A DNA stretch of 36,675 bases, from the IMG/VR virus record IMGVR_UViG_3300045988_072490; one strand, given 5' to 3'. The position numbers and the translations under genes are program-made. The stretch is from a virus. Below the pieces are notes generated by a model. It saw only the letters and a list, made by a program, of their open reading frames with translations, was not told the origin of the DNA and made no database searches. Position 1 is the first letter of the stretch. Every line of letters begins with the position of its first letter. Positions 1 to 6,911 of the stretch are shown in pieces.

Positions 1-90
1 AGTAACAGAACCTACCGAACCGGGAGTAACAGAACCTACCGAACCGGGAGTAACAGAACCTACCGAACCGGGAGTAACAGAACCTACCGA
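1..90 (+). repeat. 24-bp in-frame tandem repeat AGTAACAGAACCTACCGAACCGGG, 3.75 copies, encoding PGVTEPTE. Bases 1-73 duplicate bases 36603-36675.
   Basis: Read directly: units at 1-24, 25-48 and 49-72, partial unit at 73-90. The same unit occurs at 36603-36674. Confidence 0.95.
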
Positions 91-205
91 GGAGGAAATT
101 GCCGCAGCAAAACGCAGCGCAGCCGCAAAGAAGGCCGCAGCTACTAGAGCGGCGAAAAAAGCCGCGGAAGAAGCCGAAAATGCGGATATCTCTGAATTTG
201 AATAA
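2..205 (+). CDS. 3' portion of the ORF that wraps the window ends (5' part is 36265..36675). PGVTEPTE repeats are followed by an Ala/Lys-rich tail; function unknown, in the virion-module context.
   Basis: The frame starting at base 2 continues the codon phase of 36265..36675 and reads VTEPTE...EEEIAAAKRSAAAKKAAATRAAKKAAEEAENADISEFE, with stop TAA at 203-205. Confidence 0.65.
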   Translation, partial: VTEPTEPGVTEPTEPGVTEPTEPGVTEPTEEEIAAAKRSAAAKKAAATRAAKKAAEEAENADISEFE

Positions 206-219
206 TTAATCTAAAGGGC

Positions 220-1377
220 ATGATAGACGGAAAAAGAATATATCTAGCAGTCCGCAAAGCTATTAACCTACTTCCGCGACAGGCGGAAGGGGTTGTTAGC
301 TATGATGCGGATAACCTGTACCCGCAAAGGATAGCCAACCTTATAGACGCCAGTAAGACCGCTACGGCGTGCGTGGCAAAAGCCGCCGAGAATATAGTAT
401 GTGAAGGATTTGCCGTGGAAGAGTTCGCCCGTATGACGAACGATAACGGGCAGGACATGAACGACATACTGGAATTTATAGGGGAGGACATTCCGAGATT
501 TCGCGGTTATGCGCTGATAGTGCAGTACGGAGGCGATTACAAGCCGAAGGCGGTGTATCCTGTTCCGTTCGGCTATGTCCGCGCAGTACTTAACAAGAAT
601 TACAAGGAGAATAGCCGCGTAAACAAATGGTTAGTATTTGATAACTGGGACAGGGGGATGCTGAAGGACACTAACAGCAAAACCGGAAAGATATACCCCA
701 CATTCAACCCGGCTAAATTTGCCGAAGAATGTGAGGAATACGGAGGAATCGAGAATCACCCGGGACAACTGTATTATAGCAACTTTTCAAACCGCGTACC
801 CTATCCTACTAGCCCGTTTCACGCAGTGCAGCCCGAAATGGCAGCGGAACGCGGAAACGCCATGTATGTGGAGAACGTATTATCTAGAGGGTTCCACGCA
901 TGTAGCATAGTTACGCACGGAGATTTTGAATCGGACAGGGAACAAGACGATTTCCGCGAAGCCCTTACAAATATGATGGGCGTTGAGGGGACCGGAGCGG
1001 TATTAACGGTACGTGACACAGCCGTAGGCATATCGGACAAACCATTTATCAGAGTGGAACAGGTGGGAACACCGATAGATGCAGATTTGTACGAAAAGTA
1101 TTCCGAACCGTTACGCAAAGATATAGCAATAGCGTGTTATACTATCCCTATCCCGCTAATAGATTCATCGTTAATTAACTTTGCGAATGCTTCCGGGGAA
1201 GTGGTTAAAGAGATGCAGAAAGTGTACAGGCGCTCACTATCCCGAGTACGTGAACGCATATCTAGAGATTTGGCGTACATCTTTGACCTAGATACTGCAA
1301 TTACTGATATAAATAACAATCTCGAAGGGGAAGCGGTGGATACAGCAGCCACGAATCCCGGAGAACAAACCGTATAA
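220..1377 (+). CDS. Putative portal protein (385 aa)
   Basis: Long ORF in the head-assembly block. The C-terminal half (DDFREALTNMMGVEGTGAVLTV..., LRKDIAIACYTIPIPLI) resembles the portal wing/stem pattern as I recall it. Not verified by search. Confidence 0.55.
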   Translation: MIDGKRIYLAVRKAINLLPRQAEGVVSYDADNLYPQRIANLIDASKTATACVAKAAENIVCEGFAVEEFARMTNDNGQDMNDILEFIGEDIPRFRGYALIVQYGGDYKPKAVYPVPFGYVRAVLNKNYKENSRVNKWLVFDNWDRGMLKDTNSKTGKIYPTFNPAKFAEECEEYGGIENHPGQLYYSNFSNRVPYPTSPFHAVQPEMAAERGNAMYVENVLSRGFHACSIVTHGDFESDREQDDFREALTNMMGVEGTGAVLTVRDTAVGISDKPFIRVEQVGTPIDADLYEKYSEPLRKDIAIACYTIPIPLIDSSLINFANASGEVVKEMQKVYRRSLSRVRERISRDLAYIFDLDTAITDINNNLEGEAVDTAATNPGEQTV

Positions 1378-1379
1378 GT

Positions 1380-1820
1380 ATGGCATATCCTATTGCAAGA
1401 TTAAGAAGTTTGTTTTCTCTAGCGGCCGACGTCAAGGATGCCGACCTAGAGAAAGCATTTTATGAGGCCGACCAATTGGATGTCAAGCCGCAAATTTGTA
1501 TGACCTATGAGGCAACACCGCAAGAATACAAGCCGGATAATGACAATTACGCAGGACTTGACACCGTTATATGTTATTATGCTTTCGCGCGCTACGTGCA
1601 GACGAGCGAACAGAACAGCACAGCAAGTGGGATTAAGATACAAAACTACTTAGGTAGCTACGTATTACCGGACGTCAACAAGGCCAAGAGATTCGAGGCG
1701 GAACGCGGGAAGGCAGACCAATTTATAGTGCCGCTTTTGGAACAACTCCGAAAAGACGGGCTGTTAAAAGATTCGTGCGAGTGTAACCGGGTACAAAGTA
1801 GAATATGTTTAATAAGGTAA
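1380..1820 (+). CDS. Hypothetical protein (146 aa), possibly a head-completion/connector protein by position
   Basis: ORF starts 3 nt after the stop of the previous gene, between the portal-like gene and the holin. No recognisable motif. Confidence 0.6.
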   Translation: MAYPIARLRSLFSLAADVKDADLEKAFYEADQLDVKPQICMTYEATPQEYKPDNDNYAGLDTVICYYAFARYVQTSEQNSTASGIKIQNYLGSYVLPDVNKAKRFEAERGKADQFIVPLLEQLRKDGLLKDSCECNRVQSRICLIR

Positions 1821-2350
1821 TGGACGGGATACTAGACGCGGCGCGAATATCGGTGATTGCCTTTATAATGTCAGTAACCAACGATGTTATGACATTTTTT
1901 GTACTTATTGTCCTGTTCGGTACGCTGAATTTCGTGGTAGGGCTTGTAGCAGATTTAAGGGCCGGAAAACCGTACTCACACCGGAAGGCATTCCATGCAT
2001 TTTTCGAGTATGCGATAGCCGCGATAGTTATCACTTTCACGGCGGCGGCGGCAAGGCTGATACAGCCGGAAGGGGACCATACGCACGTTCTGAGACTGTT
2101 AACAACGTTATTTGCACTTGTGTATGCGAAGAATATTATCCGTAATTTCAAATTGATACAGCCGGATAACGAGTTTATATCCGTGCTTGATATGCTGATT
2201 AACACTAAGTATGTAGAATTCGTTAAAAAGTCAAAAAATGGAGTATTTCACAGTGAAGGAATTAACAAGGTCGGTGACGGCGGAGGCCCGGAAGATAGAC
2301 AACACACCGACACCGGATGCGGAAGCGAATCTGAAGGCATTAATAAGTAA
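1805..2350 (+). CDS. Putative holin (181 aa, 3-4 predicted TM helices)
   Basis: Hydrophobic segments ISVIAFIMSV...FFVLIVLFGTLNFVVGLVA, FFEYAIAAIVITFTAAAA and LRLLTTLFALVYA. It lies immediately upstream of, and overlaps, the endolysin gene. Confidence 0.6.
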   Translation: MFNKVMDGILDAARISVIAFIMSVTNDVMTFFVLIVLFGTLNFVVGLVADLRAGKPYSHRKAFHAFFEYAIAAIVITFTAAAARLIQPEGDHTHVLRLLTTLFALVYAKNIIRNFKLIQPDNEFISVLDMLINTKYVEFVKKSKNGVFHSEGINKVGDGGGPEDRQHTDTGCGSESEGINK

Positions 2351-2636
2351 CGTACTAGACCCGTTACGGAAGGCGTACGGGCACCCGATAACGGTGACTA
2401 GCGGTTACAGGTCGCCGAGGCTTAATGCGGCGGTAGGGGGCGTAAAGGCATCACAGCACCAAAAAGGACAGGCCGCAGATATAACCGCAGGCAGCCCGGA
2501 GGAAAATAAAAAACTATTCGATTTGGCACAGGAATTGAACCTACCATTTTGTCAACTCATAGACGAGAAAAAATACAAGTGGGTACACATCTCATATGAT
2601 AAGAATAACGTTAAAAGACAAGTACTACACTTATGA
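2238..2636 (+). CDS. Endolysin, peptidase M15 (zinc D-Ala-D-Ala carboxypeptidase-like) family
   Basis: N-terminal FTVKELTRS...IDNTP, then GHPITVTSGYRSPRLNAAVGGVKASQHQKGQAADI and WVHISY. This matches the H-x6-D...H metal-site pattern of the M15_3 family (from memory). Confidence 0.85.
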   Translation: MEYFTVKELTRSVTAEARKIDNTPTPDAEANLKALISNVLDPLRKAYGHPITVTSGYRSPRLNAAVGGVKASQHQKGQAADITAGSPEENKKLFDLAQELNLPFCQLIDEKKYKWVHISYDKNNVKRQVLHL

Positions 2637-3211
2637 GCAGACTAAATCAAATACTAATACTAGCCGTCGTACTGGCGGCTATATTACTTTTCTTCGCGTT
2701 CGGTAAGATACGGAAGCAGAGAGCCGAGATAGACCGCCTAGATTGGAATATAGAGGCGGTAAGCACCAAGGCGATGCAATACAAGTCCACGGCGGGAGAT
2801 TTCGCGGAACGTGTGAATACGCTGACCCTAGAGAAATCAGAGCTAGAAATGTTTAATGCAGACCTTAATAATAAGGTACGCGAGCTAGGAATAAAGAACC
2901 GGGAACTAAAGAATGCCACACGCACCGAGACCGTTACGAGAATAGACACAGTAATAAAGACCGTAGTAGACCATACCGAGACGAAAAGAACCGCGCACTA
3001 TAATGACGGTTGGAACGATATAAAGGTAGTGAGTCTTCCGGACAGTACGAAAATAGAGGTGCATTGCACCGATTCGCTAGATGTAATTACGCACGTCCGG
3101 CAAAAAAAGTTCCTTTTCTTTAGAATCGGCAAGCCGAAACCATATACAACCGTTTCAAACAAAAATCCGAAAAATACACTTCATATTAGGTTTTCGGCAA
3201 AATTCGACTAA
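2633..3211 (+). CDS. Membrane-anchored coiled-coil protein, spanin-like lysis accessory candidate (192 aa)
   Basis: ATGA overlap with the endolysin stop. N-terminal TM segment ILILAVVLAAILLFFAF followed by a charged helical region; last gene of the lysis cassette. Confidence 0.45.
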   Translation: MSRLNQILILAVVLAAILLFFAFGKIRKQRAEIDRLDWNIEAVSTKAMQYKSTAGDFAERVNTLTLEKSELEMFNADLNNKVRELGIKNRELKNATRTETVTRIDTVIKTVVDHTETKRTAHYNDGWNDIKVVSLPDSTKIEVHCTDSLDVITHVRQKKFLFFRIGKPKPYTTVSNKNPKNTLHIRFSAKFD

Positions 3212-3230
3212 AAATATTTACAATCGCAAC

Positions 3231-3570
3231 CTGTCTATTACACCTATCTGTGACACATAAGTAACTGTGTATCAAGCTACAAAATTTTTGCTGTCACAGA
3301 TAAACATTTTTCATCAGTGACACTAAACGTGCAGTAAATCAAGTACTTATGGCTAGTGTAATAGATGTAATAGATAAATCGTATAGAGATAAAATAGAAA
3401 AGTGCTATAAATGTTAATATATATCAAATCGTATATAGTATATTTTCATTTTAAACTAATAGGGAAAATGCTGTTACATCTGTGACATGACGCCTAACTT
3501 GCTGAACTACTGCACGTTAGGCGTCATTCTTCATCTGTGACACTAGCAATGTATCTGTGACACCCCCGCA
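3231..3570. promoter_or_regulatory. Structured non-coding element, copy A: an iteron array (ATCTGTGACAC family) around an AT-rich core with inverted repeats
   Basis: Forward motif copies at 3246-3256, 3313-3323, 3478-3488, 3533-3543 and 3553-3563; an inverted copy at 3292-3301; inverted variants GTGTAATAGAT/GTAATAGAT at 3357-3375. Paralogous to 19290-19655. Confidence 0.8.
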
Positions 3571-3614
3571 AATTTGTTAATTGTAGCTAAATACACAAAG
3601 TTTTTTCGGAAAAT

Positions 3615-3646
3615 GTTTTGTAGTTCAGGAGTAAGCCGTATCTTTG
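3615..3646 (+). promoter_or_regulatory. Promoter P1 (Bacteroidota type: TTTG at 3617-3620, TATCTTTG at 3639-3646)
   Basis: Matches the TTTG-N18-TAnnTTTG pattern. The 32-nt cassette matches P3 at 27/32 positions by hand alignment, and is followed by the shared TGTCGATA motif. Confidence 0.65.
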
Positions 3647-3864
3647 CAATGTCGATAGGGAAATGAGAACCCCGCCAATCGTAACCAAAGGGGGGTGAGA
3701 AGGGAAACACGGACGGTATCCCAATTCATTTGAAAAGACGGTGCGGTATCCGCTTAATTGAAGCTATAAAGCCGGAATCCTTATAACGACAAAAACTGTA
3801 AACCATACTAAATTTTATAGCACTATTCCGGAAGGCCGGAGAATCGGACTAATAATTACTAGAT

Positions 3865-4215
3865 ATGGGATATTTAAAAATTTACCGACTAGAAAAGTTT
3901 TTCTACGATACGGTAAAAAAGCGAATCTTTGAATGTCTTAGCCTGTGGACGATAAATGAGCTATACGGGCGCAAAGGCGCTGTTAGCATAGCGGAAGTAT
4001 TTGCAAAGGAACTAGAGGAAGAAGAAGCCGGAAAAAGATTTGAATATAACATCCGGGGCTTTATCATACCGAACGCCGACAAGTATCTATCCGTATACGA
4101 GCAAGCGCGCCAACGCGCCTTTATAGACTACTTATATTCGCGGAAAGGGCAATTCAGAACAATGGAGGAAACAAAAGAAAATTGGAAAAGAAATGGAAGA
4201 AAAAAGAGAAAATGA
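3865..4215 (+). CDS. Hypothetical early protein (116 aa), basic C-terminus
   Basis: First ORF of the early arm; no recognisable motif. Confidence 0.6.
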   Translation: MGYLKIYRLEKFFYDTVKKRIFECLSLWTINELYGRKGAVSIAEVFAKELEEEEAGKRFEYNIRGFIIPNADKYLSVYEQARQRAFIDYLYSRKGQFRTMEETKENWKRNGRKKRK

Positions 4216-4381
4216 CCTACTGACAGTAGCACAGGCCGCACGCCTCGTAGGGTGCACGGAAAACGCTATCCGGTATCAGTTGCAAACCGGGAATCTCACT
4301 AGATTCGAAAATGCAGCCGGAAAGATACGTATATCACGTAATGAAGTATTGGACAAACTTTTAAATTTTGAAAAGAAATGA
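4193..4381 (+). CDS. Small helix-turn-helix DNA-binding protein (MerR/excisionase-like HTH, 62 aa)
   Basis: LLTVAQAARLVGCTENAIRYQLQTGNL...KIRISRNEVLDKLL fits the HTH_17/excisionase-type pattern (from memory). Confidence 0.7.
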   Translation: MEEKRENDLLTVAQAARLVGCTENAIRYQLQTGNLTRFENAAGKIRISRNEVLDKLLNFEKK

Positions 4382-4980
4382 GAATTAATTTTGAACTGAA
4401 CACCGAGAACGAGAACCCGAGTATGTTACAGGCAACCGCCGAGTATCTGAACAACCTTGCAAAGATTAACGTAGGGCACGCAATTGAACCCGTACAGGGA
4501 TTTACGGAACCCAAACCGTGTAATTGTGCATGTGAGGAAGAAAAGCCCGTAGAGGAGCCTAAAAAGGGTGAGAGCATTGCCGAATCTATTGAGGCAGTAA
4601 AGGAACAACTAGCCGCCGAGAAAGAAGAAGCTAAAAAGACTACTAGACGTAGAGCGGTTAAAAAGGAAGAACCGGAACCAGCTAAAGAACCGGAACCCGC
4701 TAAAGAACCGGAACCAGCTAAAGAACCGGAACCAGCTAAAGAACCGGAACCAGCTAAAGAACCGGAACCCGCTAAAGAACCGGAACCCGTGAAGGAAACC
4801 GAAAAAGCTAAAGAACACGTCACAATCGAACAGGCCAAGGCCGTTGCAATGAAGGCGTTAAATAAGGGCCGCCGGGATGTGGTAAAGGACGCATTCGGGT
4901 ATGTGGGTGCAACGTCTTTCCCTTCACTTCCCGCAGAGAATTACGCCGACTTCATCAAGTACATAGAAGAAAACTTGTAA
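4378..4980 (+). CDS. Acidic repeat protein (200 aa) with EPEPAK x7. Its conserved C-terminal domain is typically found upstream of DUF2800 nucleases in this replication module.
   Basis: ATGA overlap at the start. The C-terminus HVTIEQAKAVAMKALNKGRRDVVKDAFGYVGATSFPSLPAENYADFIKYIE resembles a domain I recall from homologous modules. Confidence 0.7.
   Translation: MRINFELNTENENPSMLQATAEYLNNLAKINVGHAIEPVQGFTEPKPCNCACEEEKPVEEPKKGESIAESIEAVKEQLAAEKEEAKKTTRRRAVKKEEPEPAKEPEPAKEPEPAKEPEPAKEPEPAKEPEPAKEPEPVKETEKAKEHVTIEQAKAVAMKALNKGRRDVVKDAFGYVGATSFPSLPAENYADFIKYIEENL
4669..4794 (+). repeat. 18-bp in-frame tandem repeat GAACCGGAACC(A/C)GCTAAA, 7 units (EPEPAK x6 plus EPEPVK)
   Basis: Read directly; unit starts at 4669, 4687, 4705, 4723, 4741, 4759 and 4777. 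Confidence 0.95.
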
Positions 4981-6152
4981 TGGAACAAAATCATAGCGAA
5001 AGGGAACACGCGCTATTATCCCCTAGTTCATCTAGCCGTTGGTTGAATTGCACACCTTCGGCTAGGCTAGCGGAGAACGCAGAAAACAAGTCAAGTGTAT
5101 ATGCCGAGGAAGGCACCTTATTCCACGAGATTTGCGAGTATTGCCTAGCGCAATGGAATGCCGGAGTATGGGAACCTGACCCGTTCGGGGAAGAACTTCC
5201 GGAACTGAAAGATGACCACCTGACGCACCCGTTATTTAAACAAGAAATGTTCCGGCACGCCCGCAATTATTGCGATTTCGTGATGAACGAGAACTATAAC
5301 CTAGAAAAGTCGGACGGGGTGTGCAAAATGCTGTTAGAGGAAAAAGTAGATATATCCGAATACGCGCCGGAATGCTTCGGCTCTGTTGACTGTCAATTAG
5401 TGGGGCGTGATACGCTGATAATTATCGACTTGAAGTACGGGGAAGGCGTTAAAGTCTACGCAGAGCGCAACACACAAATGATGTTGTATGCACTTGGAGC
5501 GATTAAGGGGAAACCGTCTATAAAGACTATCCGCCTAGTAATAGCACAAGTACGGCTAAATCATTTCGATGTGTGGGAGATATCCGCAAATGACTTGTTA
5601 CAGTGGGCCGATAAGGTTCTGAAACCGACCGCTAAGAAGGCGTTCGCCGGAAAGGGAGAGCAAAAAATGGGCGATTGGTGCGGTTTTTGCCCTGTAAAGG
5701 CACAATGTCGGAAACAGTACGAGGCGGTAGTAAATGACTTCGACAGGTACGAATACCCGGAACTACTTACAGAGGACGAGATTTGCGACCTTATAGAAAA
5801 GATAGACAAGTACAAAGGTTGGCTAGAGAGTGTCAACAAGTTCGTGTATGATGAGGCGCTAAGGGGCCACAAGTGGAAAGGATACAAATTGGTCGCGGGA
5901 AGGTCTAGCAGGGTGATAACTGATGAAGAAGCCATACGGCAAGACCTGTTAACCAAAAAATACCTAGAAGATGAGATTTTTAACATCAAATTGAAAGGTA
6001 TTGGAGACCTCGAGAAGCTAGTAGGGAAAAAACAATTTTCGGCTCTCTACGGACAGTACGTAAAGTCCAAGCCGGGCAACCCTAAGCTAGTCCCGGACAG
6101 CGCGCCAGGGGACGAGATTAACCCGCTAAGCGATTTCGATATCGAAAGCTAA
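4980..6152 (+). CDS. PD-(D/E)XK exonuclease, DUF2800/Cas4-like (390 aa)
   Basis: N-terminal LLSPSSSSRWLNCTPSA, core IIDLKYGEGVKV and C-terminal Cys cluster CGFCPVKAQC. TAATG overlap with the upstream gene. Confidence 0.8.
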   Translation: MEQNHSEREHALLSPSSSSRWLNCTPSARLAENAENKSSVYAEEGTLFHEICEYCLAQWNAGVWEPDPFGEELPELKDDHLTHPLFKQEMFRHARNYCDFVMNENYNLEKSDGVCKMLLEEKVDISEYAPECFGSVDCQLVGRDTLIIIDLKYGEGVKVYAERNTQMMLYALGAIKGKPSIKTIRLVIAQVRLNHFDVWEISANDLLQWADKVLKPTAKKAFAGKGEQKMGDWCGFCPVKAQCRKQYEAVVNDFDRYEYPELLTEDEICDLIEKIDKYKGWLESVNKFVYDEALRGHKWKGYKLVAGRSSRVITDEEAIRQDLLTKKYLEDEIFNIKLKGIGDLEKLVGKKQFSALYGQYVKSKPGNPKLVPDSAPGDEINPLSDFDIES

Positions 6153-6200
6153 CGAATATTAAAATAAGTAAAGCGATTACAGGATATAAAAATAAAGATA

Positions 6201-6208
6201 TATCTTTG
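6201..6208 (+). promoter_or_regulatory. Candidate -7 promoter box TATCTTTG upstream of the SSB gene
   Basis: Exact TAnnTTTG match 34 nt upstream of ATG 6243. No clear TTTG at -33. Confidence 0.4.
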
Positions 6209-6242
6209 AATCGAATTAAAAAACCTATAAAATTTTAAAGAC

Positions 6243-6797
6243 ATGAGTAAAAAATTGATTTTAAAGAACGTGAGATTTTCCTATGTAAGAGTATTTGAGG
6301 CCGCTCCGATTATGGACGGAAATACAAACTATTACAGCGTATCCGTACTTATCCCTAAATCAGACACCAAGCAGGTGAACGAGATTAAAAAGGTGCTAAA
6401 AGAATTGGCGGACGAATTTCTAGCCAACAACCCGAAATTAAAGGGTGTGCTTCCGGAAGGTTGGAGAAACCCGCTAACGGACGGTGATAAAAAAGGCGAA
6501 GAAGGGTACGCGGATATGTGGGTATTGAACGCCAAGAGACAGGAAAAGAACGGTGCGCCGATTGTTATCGACAAATATAAACAGCCGATTACGGTTAAAG
6601 AAGATATGTATTCAGGTTCATGGGGAACCGCATCACTAAGTTTGTTCACGTACTTTAAATCCGCTACTAGTTGCGGAGTCGGTGTCGGGCTTAACGGGAT
6701 TCAAAAAGTTACGGACGATGATCGGTTAGACGGGGGTGCAAGCGTTAACGACTTCGATTATGAAGGAGGAGAAAGTGGTTTAAGCGATTTTGAATAA
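6243..6797 (+). CDS. Single-stranded DNA-binding protein, DUF2815-like (184 aa)
   Basis: N-terminus KNVRFSYVRVFEAAP...YSVSVLIPKSD and acidic C-terminal tail DFDYEGGESGLSDFE. Sits between the DUF2800-like nuclease and the DNA polymerase, as in the known module. Confidence 0.75.
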   Translation: MSKKLILKNVRFSYVRVFEAAPIMDGNTNYYSVSVLIPKSDTKQVNEIKKVLKELADEFLANNPKLKGVLPEGWRNPLTDGDKKGEEGYADMWVLNAKRQEKNGAPIVIDKYKQPITVKEDMYSGSWGTASLSLFTYFKSATSCGVGVGLNGIQKVTDDDRLDGGASVNDFDYEGGESGLSDFE

Positions 6798-6855
6798 CAT
6801 TTACAGGGTTTTAATTTTTATTTATTAACCGATTTTATTTTATAACAAATGTGCG

Positions 6856-6885
6856 AGGTCCGCCCGAGTAGAAGCGGGTGGGCCT
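6856..6885 (+). terminator. Hairpin terminator after the SSB gene
   Basis: AGGTCCGCCCG (6856-6866) pairs with CGGGTGGGCCT (6875-6885), including two G-U pairs, and is followed by TATTTTTA. Confidence 0.6.
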
Positions 6886-6911
6886 TATTTTTACCCCTAA
6901 AATTAGAACAA

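Noticed and set aside
3350-3418. 22-codon ORF (MASVIDVIDKSYRDKIEKCYKC) inside the AT-rich core of element A; the SVIDVID..YRDK peptide is also readable in element B
   Set aside because: The copy in element B has no ATG (a stop lies at 19386-19388 and no ATG lies in frame before the conserved part). The conservation is better explained at the DNA level by the GTAATAGAT iterons. It remains a low-probability alternative.
3246-3563. The repeated ATCTGTGACAC copies as a CRISPR array
   Set aside because: The repeats are only 11 nt, occur in both orientations and have irregular spacing (10-155 nt). There are no cas genes, and the intervening sequence is itself conserved between the two elements.
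3661-3860. Possible tRNA or other known RNA gene in the long non-coding gaps
   Set aside because: No cloverleaf-compatible arms and no GTTCRANNC T-loop signature were seen by eye in 3212-3864 or 19008-19782. This should still be checked with tRNAscan-SE or Infernal.
4193-4381. Excisionase-like HTH as evidence of a lysogeny module
   Set aside because: No integrase, recombinase, CI-like repressor or attP-like site was found in the genome. The HTH alone does not support a temperate lifestyle.
4299-4838. Minus-strand ORFs throughout (e.g. 4299..4838, 1723..2205, 12019..12429, 16990..17478, 20610..21179, 28933..29583, 31435..31824)
   Set aside because: All lie antisense to recognisable or better-supported + strand genes and have Ser/Leu/Arg/Cys-rich antisense-type composition. 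Several merely mirror coding tandem repeats. No minus-strand promoter or gene context was seen.
6849-6911. ORF-track start of the DNA polymerase at ATG 6849 (MCEVRPSRSGWALF...)
   Set aside because: These codons lie inside the terminator hairpin (6856-6885) after the SSB gene. The polymerase family sequence (MINPIYIDFETYS, Exo I motif) begins at ATG 6912.
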